Shown piece after piece: positions 26,962 to 36,087 of a stretch of DNA of 46,671 nucleotides (the stretch's first letter is position 1; each line of letters starts with the position of its first letter). The stretch comes from Hyphomicrobium sp. (GTDB lineage Bacteria; Pseudomonadota; Alphaproteobacteria; Rhizobiales; Hyphomicrobiaceae), in assembly GCA_046074825.1 (NCBI GenBank), contig JBJTOZ010000090.1, positions 1 through 46,671 on the forward strand, in the 5' to 3' direction. The translations under genes and the position numbers were made by a program. The notes beneath the pieces are model-generated. The model was not told the DNA's origin. It worked only from the letters and a program-made list of their open reading frames with translations, and made no database searches.

Positions 26962-29634
26962 TTGACCTCTAATAGCAATTTAGAAAGTAAGATTCGAAAA
27001 GCTAGGTTGATTATTCTAGCTGAGAAACTTTGGCTGAGATTGTGGATACTCTTTGTTTTAGTATCTGTTTTCTTGGCAGTAAGCTTTGCTGATATTTGGA
27101 CAAACCTTAATCCGTTTAGCCATAAAGTCTTAATCGGTACGTTCGCCTTCTTTGGACTTGTATGGTTGATTTTTATGGTTCGCACACCATGGCCAACGCG
27201 CAAGGAGGGGATTGACCGAATTGAAAGAATATCTGGGATTCCACATAGGCCAGCAACTTCCTATGAAGACACCCTACAATCTTCCTCCAATAACTCTCAA
27301 AGCAAAATCATCTGGAAAGAGCACAAAAAAAGGATGGCGGCCCTCATTGCAAAGTTGCGATTTGGTCTTCCTGCTCCTCGAACCGACCGTTATGATCCCT
27401 TTGCCTTGAGAACCTTGATTTTCTTTTTTATTGTTATTGGTGCGGTATGGTTTGGAAGGTCTGGCCTCTCCTTGTTATCACAAGCCGTTCAAATTGAAAA
27501 AACATCGCAAAGTTCAGAGCTTCGTATTGATGCATGGGTCTCACCTCCATCCTATACAGCTCGTCCCCCTATAATGCTTTTTGATGGATCAGGAAAAACA
27601 ACATCGCTGCATAGTTTTTCCGATGAAACTGAAAAAAATAACTCTCAATTTGAAATTCCAGAAAAAAGCACTCTTGTTGTGCGCGAGAGTGCTACAAAAA
27701 ATTCTCAATTAATTTTAGAAATTAGAGGAAAGGATTCTGTAAATTCTCCAGAAGTTGTTAAATCTCCCCCAAAAGATTCAGGAGGAGATGTTCTATCTGA
27801 AGTACGTTATGACTTGATGCAGGACAGCGACGTAAATGTTCTTTTAGGAGGAAAAAAAATTGCAAGCTGGGTATTTAAAGTCATCCCAGATAATAATCCT
27901 GGAATTGCACTAACTAAAAATCCAGAACGGACATCACGTGGCGCGATCAAGCTAACTTATTTTGTCCAAGATGATTATGGGGTTTCATCAGCAGAGGTTG
28001 TATTCACGCGCGTTCATGATGAAACAAAAAATGAAAATTCTATGCCTTGGTCCCAACCTCAAAAACCTGAGTCAGGTCCACGACCACCTTACACGCATCC
28101 GCCGAAGCTTCCATTACGACTGCCAGGTCCTAATGTTAAACAAGGCGAAGCTTTTACATACCATGAGATTGGTTCTCATCCATGGGCGGGACAAAGGGTG
28201 AAAATGGTTCTACAAGCCACTGATGTTGCAGGCAAAACAGGGAAGAGCCCTCTTACAGAAATTGTTCTTCCTGAGCGATCTTTTACAAAACCATTGGCAC
28301 GAGCATTAATTGAACAACGCAAACTTCTTATTGAAGATCCACGCTATAGCGAACATGTTCATAAAGCTTTAGAGGCTTTCACAATAGATCCAGAGGGGTT
28401 CATTGACGATATAAGAGTTTACTTTCCTCTACGTACGACTATGTACCGTCTTAGAAATGATAAAGGTCGGTCTAGTATTGATAGCGCTATCGAACAATTG
28501 TGGCATAGCGCTCTTCGCATAGAGGAAGGAGACCTGTCAGACGCAGAGAAGAATCTGCGGGATATCCAAGATAAACTTGCAAAGGCTTTAGAAGAAGGCG
28601 CCTCAGATGAAGAGATACAAAAACTTATGCGCGAACTAAGAGATGCCTTCAAAGATTATGCCAATAAAATGCAAGAAGAAAAACTGAGAGAGAAAAATGA
28701 AAAGGACTTAACTCAAAGGAATGAAGAGGAGGAAAATCTCTCAACTGAGGATTTAGATCGAATGATGAGAGAAATGGAGGAGTTGGCAAATAACGGCATG
28801 AGGGAAAAAGCAAAAGATCTACTTGCCGAAATACAAGATTTAATGGAGCGTATGGAAAAAGGTCAGCAAAATGCTGAGCGCCAGAAACAAAATCAGCAAA
28901 TGAAAGAGGCCATAAAGAAGCTCGGAGAGGCTGTTGGAGAGCAACAGGATATAATGGACGACACCTTCGAGGAAAACCGTCAGCAACAAGAAGGGCGAAC
29001 GGGAGAAAAAATGCGCCAGACCCAGTCAGGCCAAAAGGGAAAAAGAGGCCAAGGAATGCAGGCGGATCGTGGTGGAAGTTCGAGCGATCAAGGGAATGAT
29101 GATGGTGAAATGGGTCTGCGTGAGCGTGGTTCAGATAGCGATGGGGAAGGGACCGCTAAAGGTCAAGAACGCAGAAGAAAACTTGCTCAACGACAAGCTG
29201 AGCTCCGAAAGAGGCTCGATGAAATGCAAAAAAATATGCAGCAAAAAGGGTTAAGTGAAGACCAAAAATTACAGGAAGCTTCAGAAGCCATGCAGCAAGC
29301 TGAGGAGGCTCTACTAGAAGATAATCTTGAACAGGCAAATGCCGAGCAAAGTCGAGCTCTCGATAAGATGCGAGAAAGTGGGCAACAAATGGCGGAGCAA
29401 TTACAGCAGAATGGGGAACAGAGAAATGGTCAAAACGGAGAGAATTCTCGAGACCCCATGGGACGCCCTCAGCGATTTCAAGGTGCAGACCAAGGTCGTT
29501 CTGTTAAAGTCCCAGATCAAATAGAAATACAGCGTGCACGAGAAGTTTTAGAGGAGTTGCGACGAAGGGCTGGGGAACCAACAAGACCTAAAATTGAACT
29601 TGATTATATCGACAGACTACTGCGCTGGTATTAA
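26962..29634 (+). CDS. Alphaproteobacteria-specific membrane protein with a long low-complexity, coiled-coil C-terminal region (TIGR02302/DUF4175-like)
   Basis: 890 aa with a TTG start. It has N-terminal TM helices (LWILFVLVSVFLAVSF, VLIGTFAFFGLVWLIFMV, LIFFFIVIGAVWF). The C-terminal third (about 300 aa) is E/Q/K/R/G-rich. This architecture matches my recollection of the TIGR02302 description. Confidence 0.8.
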   Translation: MTSNSNLESKIRKARLIILAEKLWLRLWILFVLVSVFLAVSFADIWTNLNPFSHKVLIGTFAFFGLVWLIFMVRTPWPTRKEGIDRIERISGIPHRPATSYEDTLQSSSNNSQSKIIWKEHKKRMAALIAKLRFGLPAPRTDRYDPFALRTLIFFFIVIGAVWFGRSGLSLLSQAVQIEKTSQSSELRIDAWVSPPSYTARPPIMLFDGSGKTTSLHSFSDETEKNNSQFEIPEKSTLVVRESATKNSQLILEIRGKDSVNSPEVVKSPPKDSGGDVLSEVRYDLMQDSDVNVLLGGKKIASWVFKVIPDNNPGIALTKNPERTSRGAIKLTYFVQDDYGVSSAEVVFTRVHDETKNENSMPWSQPQKPESGPRPPYTHPPKLPLRLPGPNVKQGEAFTYHEIGSHPWAGQRVKMVLQATDVAGKTGKSPLTEIVLPERSFTKPLARALIEQRKLLIEDPRYSEHVHKALEAFTIDPEGFIDDIRVYFPLRTTMYRLRNDKGRSSIDSAIEQLWHSALRIEEGDLSDAEKNLRDIQDKLAKALEEGASDEEIQKLMRELRDAFKDYANKMQEEKLREKNEKDLTQRNEEEENLSTEDLDRMMREMEELANNGMREKAKDLLAEIQDLMERMEKGQQNAERQKQNQQMKEAIKKLGEAVGEQQDIMDDTFEENRQQQEGRTGEKMRQTQSGQKGKRGQGMQADRGGSSSDQGNDDGEMGLRERGSDSDGEGTAKGQERRRKLAQRQAELRKRLDEMQKNMQQKGLSEDQKLQEASEAMQQAEEALLEDNLEQANAEQSRALDKMRESGQQMAEQLQQNGEQRNGQNGENSRDPMGRPQRFQGADQGRSVKVPDQIEIQRAREVLEELRRRAGEPTRPKIELDYIDRLLRWY

Positions 29635-29705
29635 ATGGGATTGAGGTAAAACATTTAATAAATTCAGAGCTGAATACTTTAAAAAAATAAGTTAAAACTC
29701 GGAAT

Positions 29706-30710
29706 TTAATTTGCATAGGCTGATTTTAATCGCACACCAAGTCCCCCGATAACTTGATGGCTTGAGAAATTCGTTTCTACCCAACCATCTATTGGCTGTT
29801 TCTTTTCGTACCACCTTTTAAATTGTCTCCATAAATCTGTAAAAAGAATATATCCGTCCTGCCCCGATAAAGGCATTCGATAATCAGCAAAAGTGAATTT
29901 ATATTCAATAAAATATGAAAATACTGGAAGTCTTATTTCGAAACCTATTAAAGCCTGACCAACAGGGCCAGCTAATTGATACTCATATGTTCTGCTGGAA
30001 TCCTCAGTTAAATGAACTTCAGCATGAGGTAAAGAAACCCCAACTCCAAGACCAACATAAGGGGAAACAACTTGGCTCAGAGACGGAAGCCGCAACATTC
30101 CATTCATAGTCAACATATTGTGACCGTGACTGGCTTCAAGACGATGAAATATATCTTTAATTAAAACTTCTCTAGATGAAGTCTCTGCTTGGAGATTGTT
30201 CTGGAAAAGAACTTTTTGATCTTTGACCGAAATTGCCTTTGAGTGCGTAAAGTCAAGCATTCCTCCAATACGCGCATTCGAAAACCAGCGTACAATACGT
30301 GCACCATAATAAATAGGATTGATAAAAGGCAAACCACGCCACTCAACATTTTTTACCGTAAAGTCTTTGGTCTCTAATTCCGTAACACGAACATCACTTG
30401 GATATGTATAAGGTGCTCCTCCATAAGCAGCAACAAACCATTCAGAAGAGGGAATAACGTTGGCTTCGATGCCTTTTTTGTCTAAAGCAGTTTGCAAACT
30501 TAGAGGTGTTTGATTGATGAGAATGGAGGAAGGAAAGGAGCCTGTCAAAATGCTGAGTGCGAGGACTGATAAGGATATTGAGGCAATAATTCTTGAAATA
30601 AAATCACATTTTTCGAATGCTTTAGAAAATTTCTGGGAATAATCAGAAGAAGAAAATTCCTTCAAACCAAGAGAAGATTTAGATCGTGTTTCATAAAAAG
30701 AGAGGGTCAT
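29706..30710 (-). CDS. Putative outer-membrane beta-barrel protein, possibly lipid A-modifying (LpxQ/PagL-like); family uncertain
   Basis: 334 aa. The C-terminal half has alternating beta-strand patterns (VGLGVGVSL, GQALIGFEIRL, FIEYKFTF, VIGGLGVRL). The segment NPIYYGARIVRWF...GGMLDFTHSKA resembles LpxQ-type barrels as I recall them. About 37 residues precede the hydrophobic signal, so the start is doubtful. Confidence 0.5.
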   Translation of the reverse strand: MTLSFYETRSKSSLGLKEFSSSDYSQKFSKAFEKCDFISRIIASISLSVLALSILTGSFPSSILINQTPLSLQTALDKKGIEANVIPSSEWFVAAYGGAPYTYPSDVRVTELETKDFTVKNVEWRGLPFINPIYYGARIVRWFSNARIGGMLDFTHSKAISVKDQKVLFQNNLQAETSSREVLIKDIFHRLEASHGHNMLTMNGMLRLPSLSQVVSPYVGLGVGVSLPHAEVHLTEDSSRTYEYQLAGPVGQALIGFEIRLPVFSYFIEYKFTFADYRMPLSGQDGYILFTDLWRQFKRWYEKKQPIDGWVETNFSSHQVIGGLGVRLKSAYAN

Positions 30711-31165
30711 CCCATTCCCTATTATCTAAACGTGCCATTGTCGGGCTAAAACAAAAAAGCGGACTTTGAGTGGCGGTAATATCTAAATTGTGATGCAGAA
30801 CTTAGCAACGCCACGGCAGACAAAATCAATCACCTTGGCAACCTATTTAAAAGTATTGGAGGGATATTAAGTCTATATTATGACTGGAATTCACACGACC
30901 TTTAGAAATATGTTTCTGCGAAAGCTCTAATAAAAAATCTAAATCCAAAACACAGGATATAGGAGTATTGGCTAAATCAGAGGACCGAAGATAGAACGTC
31001 GCAAAGTTTGGAAGTTTTTAAAGCTTGGAATATAAATAAAGCCCACTTTGAGAGGAAACTTTCCATTCTCTTCTATGATAAGATAGTATACGGAAAAATC
31101 TTTTTTAAAGTATGGGTGTGTAAGAAAAAAAAACTGACAGAGTAACAGAATGTAAAAAGAGAGAT

Positions 31166-31771
31166 TTAGTGTCGTGTATAGACAATTGGACTTGCACCAT
31201 CTTCTAAAGACTCGATCAAGGTCAAATCAAGCTCATTTGGAATGTACTTTGTATCCTTCCAAGGGGTAATACTATCAGGGAGGATGAGATGAGAAAAATG
31301 CCAAAGTCGCTCAAATGAACGACGGGCATAGGCTGAGGTTTCCTGGCAATTTTCGCTGTAGCATTCATAAGCGTCGCGTTTAGATGGTTCTCGACGCATG
31401 CAATCTCCTATCCATGAATAATCTTGACCAATTGTAAGCTGTTCATGGGCATCTAGTAATCTAGAGTCGCATCCAATACGAAAATTTACATCTCTCAAAA
31501 ATAGTTTTAGTTCTTCGCTGGCTTCAGGCTCGCGTTGCACAACGACGATTCGAATTTCTGGACTTAATATTTGCAGTCTTTCCTTCTCCGAAATCAGCGC
31601 TTTGAGCACCGGACTATCACAGGCCCGAGCAAGAACGGTCAATTGCAAATTTTTGGGGGCATGAGGAGATAAATTTTGCAGAAGTTTGTCTATAAAAGAC
31701 TTCAGACGATGCTCCTTCTCTTCCTTCCGTACAACCTGCATGCGATGTAAAGCGAAGGGATGCATTTTCAT
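31166..31771 (-). CDS. Hypothetical protein, orphan 201 aa, with a possible degenerate PLD-like motif
   Basis: Clean ATG ORF with no TM segment, flanked by non-coding spacers of 455 and 492 bp. The segment RLLDAHEQLTIGQDYSWIGDCMRR loosely parallels HxK(x)4D(x)6GSxN, with K replaced by Q and N replaced by M. Confidence 0.45.
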   Translation of the reverse strand: MKMHPFALHRMQVVRKEEKEHRLKSFIDKLLQNLSPHAPKNLQLTVLARACDSPVLKALISEKERLQILSPEIRIVVVQREPEASEELKLFLRDVNFRIGCDSRLLDAHEQLTIGQDYSWIGDCMRREPSKRDAYECYSENCQETSAYARRSFERLWHFSHLILPDSITPWKDTKYIPNELDLTLIESLEDGASPIVYTRH

Positions 31772-32263
31772 AAAATCCTTATTTTAATCCCGAATAATTA
31801 TGATCAAATCCAGAACTGATCAATCCTTACAGAATTTGCCCTAAGTTAGTTAAGTAATCCTTTCTGAGGGTTGCTTTTTAAAACATTCAAAATCAATTAA
31901 TGTCCTAAGACTTTGTTAATTAATTATACCCGACTTAAACAATCCGCCGGAAAGCACTTTGGGTTTTAGTAAAACACTATCAAATCAACTTTGCGTTTTG
32001 ACTTTTTAAAGTTTTGTTAACCTTCTTTAAAATCTCTTAAAAAAGTTCGTTCCCCTCGAAATATTATCAAAATATATATCGATGTATTTTGAATAAACAC
32101 CGTTTGAAATTGGTGTCATGATCTTAGTGACTAAAATTAACCAGGATCCCCTTTAGTCAGTTATCAGACCTATATAATTTTGATACAAAGTAAGAATATC
32201 TTCCAAGCAATCTAAGAGCTTAGACTTCGTATTGGCTGCAAACTCTTCAAAAGGTATTTTCAA

Positions 32264-33124
32264 TTGCGTGCAGAAAAATTTAAAAAATTTGACATCGAAA
32301 ATCCGAAACTTCCCCAAAACATTTTAAAAAATGCACTCGCTTCAGGAGGTTACCCTTATACAAAAAAAATCAAGCGTAAATTCTACGAAAATGAATTGGT
32401 TCCCCTTCAGCTGGAACTCCTAAAATTACAAGCCCATGTTGAAAATAAGGGAGAGCGCATAGTAGTTCTTTTTGAAGGTAGAGATACATCGGGAAAAGGT
32501 GGAGCTATTTCCACGATTATGGAACGTATTAATCCCCGCCATGCTCGAGCGATTGCTCTCTCTAAACCGACTGATTACGAGCGGGGACAATGGTATTTTC
32601 AAAGATATGTTCATCATCTCCCTTCAGCTGGAGAAATAACCTTATTTGATCGTTCTTGGTACAATAGAGCTGGCGTTGAATATGTCATGGGGTTTTGCGC
32701 ACAGCAACAATATACGAATTTTCTTCGTGATGTTCCTGATTTTGAAAATCTCTTAACTCGTGATGGATTTCGACTCTTAAAATTTTATCTTTTTGTGGGA
32801 AGAGAAATGCAGCTTTTACGTTTTCATGAGAGAAAACATAACCCTCTTAAGCAGTGGAAACTTACTGACATAGACTTAGCAGCTATGAAAAAATGGGATG
32901 AATATTCTGCCGCTGAGATTCAAATGTTGCGTTTTACACATACTCCAACTTGTCCTTGGACTATCATAAAAGCAAACGATCAAAAAAGAATGCGCTTAGA
33001 ACTTATAAGAAAAATTCTCTCAAGCGTTGAGTACAAAGGTAAAGATATGAATATACTGAGAGAGCCAGACCCTCTCATTGTCTTAGATGCTCGAAGTTTC
33101 CTTGAAGAGAAAAGAAATGGTTGA
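32264..33124 (+). CDS. ppk2: Polyphosphate kinase 2 (single-domain)
   Basis: It has the Walker A-like FEGRDTSGKGG, then FDRSWYNRAGVE, and the WK.TDID segment QWKLTDIDL. TTG start. Confidence 0.9.
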   Translation: MRAEKFKKFDIENPKLPQNILKNALASGGYPYTKKIKRKFYENELVPLQLELLKLQAHVENKGERIVVLFEGRDTSGKGGAISTIMERINPRHARAIALSKPTDYERGQWYFQRYVHHLPSAGEITLFDRSWYNRAGVEYVMGFCAQQQYTNFLRDVPDFENLLTRDGFRLLKFYLFVGREMQLLRFHERKHNPLKQWKLTDIDLAAMKKWDEYSAAEIQMLRFTHTPTCPWTIIKANDQKRMRLELIRKILSSVEYKGKDMNILREPDPLIVLDARSFLEEKRNG

Positions 33125-33268
33125 TTTTTTCAAAAATAAAGAGAGAAAAGCAAGAGAGACAATTTCTGTTGAAAATTTGATAAACTCAACAGCTTGCATG
33201 AAGCCTTAGCGCTAAATAACGGCTAATTGTACTTTAGTTGTTCAGCTAGACTTCATGAAAGTTTTTTT

Positions 33269-33871
33269 ATGCACTTATCGAACATATCAATCATTGTTTT
33301 TCTTTCTAGCGTCGTTTTGGTTGCTTTAGCGGCACTAAGTGGAAACCCTTTACTCTATCTAATAACTTCAGGGATTATTGGGATTACAGTTGGATTGCGC
33401 GGTTTACGCGACCTTCAGAAACTCCATGCATTACATTCCTCTCCAAGTACACTTTCAGCTGCTGCTGCTTTGCACATGGGGCTAGTGTGGGCGTGGGGGG
33501 GGGGTGCCCTTTTCATATCATATTCCTTTTTTTTACCCCCATGGAGAGAATGGGTGCTTTTCTCTACTTCCTTTGCAATCATAGCAGCTTTCAGTCTCTT
33601 TTTTGCTTCGCTAATGTCTAAGGATGCGCAAAAAGGAAAGGAAGATCTCTCTCTTCTCAAAGTTGGTCGTTTCCTCACCATAATACAGCTCTGCGGGACA
33701 GTCGCTGCAGTGGTTGGGCTAATTGTTGATCCTCAAAAATTTTTTCTAAATGTTGACAAGCATGACTGGGCAGCAAACAATATCTTTTTCTTTGGAGCAT
33801 TAGGACTTGCTATTATTAGCACAACTGCTCTTTTTTACTCGCGCAAAGTAAACGGTGAAAATTCAAAATAA
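33269..33871 (+). CDS. Polytopic membrane protein, unknown family (paralogue 1)
   Basis: The ORF opens at TTG 33227. ATG 33269 gives MHLSNISIIVFLSSVVLVALAAL, which parallels paralogue 2. It has five or six hydrophobic helices and shares SSP.T...YVYAWG/LVWAWG and DWAAN motifs with the next gene. Confidence 0.65.
   Translation: MHLSNISIIVFLSSVVLVALAALSGNPLLYLITSGIIGITVGLRGLRDLQKLHALHSSPSTLSAAAALHMGLVWAWGGGALFISYSFFLPPWREWVLFSTSFAIIAAFSLFFASLMSKDAQKGKEDLSLLKVGRFLTIIQLCGTVAAVVGLIVDPQKFFLNVDKHDWAANNIFFFGALGLAIISTTALFYSRKVNGENSK
33495..33504 (+). repeat. G10 homopolymer inside the paralogue 1 CDS
   Basis: Counted directly: tgg ggg ggg ggt, encoding WGGG within VWAWGGGALF. Confidence 0.9.
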
Positions 33872-33886
33872 ATTTGTCCTGCTTTC

Positions 33887-34522
33887 ATGCCAAAAAAAAA
33901 CAAATTTACGTTTTGTGTTCTCCTGGCTTTTCCTTTGGCGCTTGCACTCCTTGCTACCGCTATTTCAACTTGGTCTACAGCTTATAATTTACACGGATTT
34001 ACTTTAGCCTCCCTTGTTATCTATTGTTTTATTATCATATTGTTAACTGATGGAATTTTTCCAAATGCGTATTTTAAAAAATTTGTTCTGACAATTTATT
34101 CCTCCCCTGAGACAATGAATTTGAACACACTACTATCATCTTATGTCTATGCTTGGGGAGCATTTTGTCTGTTAAGTATTTACAAATTTTCTGGTCTGTT
34201 ATGGCAACACGGCATCCAGTATGGAATTGCCGCTGGAATTATTTCTGTGTGTCTTTTTTTGTACTGGTCTATTACAGATTGGGGCTTAAGTGCGCTCCAC
34301 ATGAAACGTAAACTTGCATGCTTACATGGGATATCTCTTACGATAGGTCTGTCCTATCTTATTTTGTCAGGGAAACTCGCAACTGTGCGAGGGGATTGGG
34401 CGGCTAATTATGTCTTTCTAACGGGAGGAATAACTTTACTTATTTTGTGCCTTGTCACTCTCTGGAAAGATAAAAGTTTACTTTCTTCCAAAATAGATAT
34501 TTCACACAATTCCTATCGTTGA
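33887..34522 (+). CDS. Polytopic membrane protein, unknown family (paralogue 2)
   Basis: 211 aa with an ATG start followed by an A9 tract (33892-33900). Its helix layout matches the preceding gene, and RGDWAANYVFLTGGITLLILCLVTLW matches KHDWAANNIFFFGALGLAIISTTALFY. Its 3' end overlaps mutM by 10 nt in convergent orientation. Confidence 0.65.
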   Translation: MPKKNKFTFCVLLAFPLALALLATAISTWSTAYNLHGFTLASLVIYCFIIILLTDGIFPNAYFKKFVLTIYSSPETMNLNTLLSSYVYAWGAFCLLSIYKFSGLLWQHGIQYGIAAGIISVCLFLYWSITDWGLSALHMKRKLACLHGISLTIGLSYLILSGKLATVRGDWAANYVFLTGGITLLILCLVTLWKDKSLLSSKIDISHNSYR

Positions 34523-35415
34523 CAGTGGGCACAATAAAATGTTGAACGTCCGTTTTGCCAAATACGACGCACAACGCCCTTACAGGGAGAATGCAAACAC
34601 GGCTGCCCCTCTCGATCATAAACCAAATGTTTAGTCTGAAAAGCCCCTCTTGTTCCATCCGGCTTCAGAAAATCTCTTAACGTTGAACCACCTGCCTCAA
34701 CTGCTTCTTTAAGGACGTCTTGAACGGCAGAAACAAGACTTCTAGCATTTTTTTTGAGATTACCATCGCGATCCACTAACGTCCTAGAAATGCGTTTAGG
34801 TGATAGACCTGCGCGAAAAAGTGCTTCGCACACATAGATATTTCCAAGACCAGCGACATTTCTTTGGTTCATAAGAAAAGATTTAAGATCAGCCTTTCTA
34901 CCTTTCGCCAGTTGTGCAAGATAACGATTGTTAAAATCTTCAGAGAGAGGCTCTACACCTAATATCTTCATAAGAGGATGTCTATCGATCAACTTAGCTT
35001 CAATAAGCACCATAAAACCAAACCGACGCGTGTCATTATAAGTGATTGTTTTGCCATTTTCTGTATAAAAAATTACATGATCATGCTGCACATGCCTACC
35101 TTCTGTAAAATGATACTGACCAAGTATATTTCTATACTGAGAGGTCTCCTCTTTTTCTTTGAACGAATCCATTAGCAAGCGCCCTGTCATGCCAAGGTGC
35201 ACAACGAGTATCTGTCCACTATCGAGATGGAATAAAAGATATTTTGCTCGCCTTGTAATTTGTAGAATGGTGGTCCCTTGAAGTCTTTCCTCAAAATTTT
35301 TCGGCAGTGGGAAACGCAGATCTTTTCTTTTCAAATCTACTTTAAAGAGTTTTTTGCCTATCAAATGAGGAGCAAGTAAGAGGCGCAAATTTTCAACTTC
35401 AGGTAACTCAGGCAT
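34513..35415 (-). CDS. mutM: Formamidopyrimidine-DNA glycosylase
   Basis: It has the N-terminal MPELPEVE, the H2TH region, and a C-terminal zinc finger (CLHSPC...YCAHCQ). Confidence 0.93.
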   Translation of the reverse strand: MPELPEVENLRLLLAPHLIGKKLFKVDLKRKDLRFPLPKNFEERLQGTTILQITRRAKYLLFHLDSGQILVVHLGMTGRLLMDSFKEKEETSQYRNILGQYHFTEGRHVQHDHVIFYTENGKTITYNDTRRFGFMVLIEAKLIDRHPLMKILGVEPLSEDFNNRYLAQLAKGRKADLKSFLMNQRNVAGLGNIYVCEALFRAGLSPKRISRTLVDRDGNLKKNARSLVSAVQDVLKEAVEAGGSTLRDFLKPDGTRGAFQTKHLVYDREGQPCLHSPCKGVVRRIWQNGRSTFYCAHCQR

Positions 35416-35430
35416 AAAAGGAATTCTGAA

Positions 35431-35994
35431 TTACTTTGGAGCTCTTTTAGCGAGAATACGCTGCAATGTCCTACGGTGCATGTTCAGGCGACGCGCTGTT
35501 TCAGAAACATTCCTATTACACAGTTCATAAACTCTTTGAATATGTTCCCATCGTACCCTATCAGCTGACATGGGATTTTCAGGAGGCGGAGCCTTTGAAT
35601 TAGGAGGTGCTAGAAGAGCATCAGTAACGTCATCTGCATCAGCAGGTTTTGCCAAATAGTCAACGGCACCTAGCTTGACAGCTGAGACTGCAGTGGCAAT
35701 ATTTCCATAACCAGTCAGAACAATAATTCGAGCATTTGGCCTAATACGTGTTAATTCAGAAATAACATCAAGGCCGTTCCCATCTTCTAAGCGAAGATCT
35801 ATCACAGCAAAGGCGGGCGGGCTTTGCTGTATTAGCTCTATTCCTTCTGCAACAGAAAAGGCACTGCGCACATTAAATCCTCGCTGTTCCATAGCGCGTA
35901 CCATACGTTGTAGAAAAGCACGGTCGTCATCGACCATAATCAAAGAACGGTCTTCGGGTAATTCATCAGGTTTAAAAGCGAGATCTTCATTCAT
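35431..35994 (-). CDS. regA: Redox response regulator of the RegA/PrrA/ActR family
   Basis: ATG 35994 is preceded by GGAGGA; the ORF opens at TTG 36015. The receiver domain contains SLIMVDDD...VIDLRLEDGNGLD. The C-terminal Fis-type HTH is NVSETARRLNMHRRTLQRILAKRAPK, characteristic of RegA. Confidence 0.9.
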   Translation of the reverse strand: MNEDLAFKPDELPEDRSLIMVDDDRAFLQRMVRAMEQRGFNVRSAFSVAEGIELIQQSPPAFAVIDLRLEDGNGLDVISELTRIRPNARIIVLTGYGNIATAVSAVKLGAVDYLAKPADADDVTDALLAPPNSKAPPPENPMSADRVRWEHIQRVYELCNRNVSETARRLNMHRRTLQRILAKRAPK

Positions 35995-36087
35995 TGTATC
36001 CTCCACGCGCTGCAAACTATAATGTTGACAGCGTCAAGCCAAGATCTAATCGGCATGAAAAACGAAATATTTGGGTCTTAGAAATGC

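Noticed and set aside
32113-32135. Possible Pho box (GTGTCAT-N4-TAGTGAC) upstream of ppk2
   Set aside because: The second half-site matches the CTGTCAT consensus at only about 4 of 7 positions and the spacing is ambiguous. This is not better than chance in this composition.
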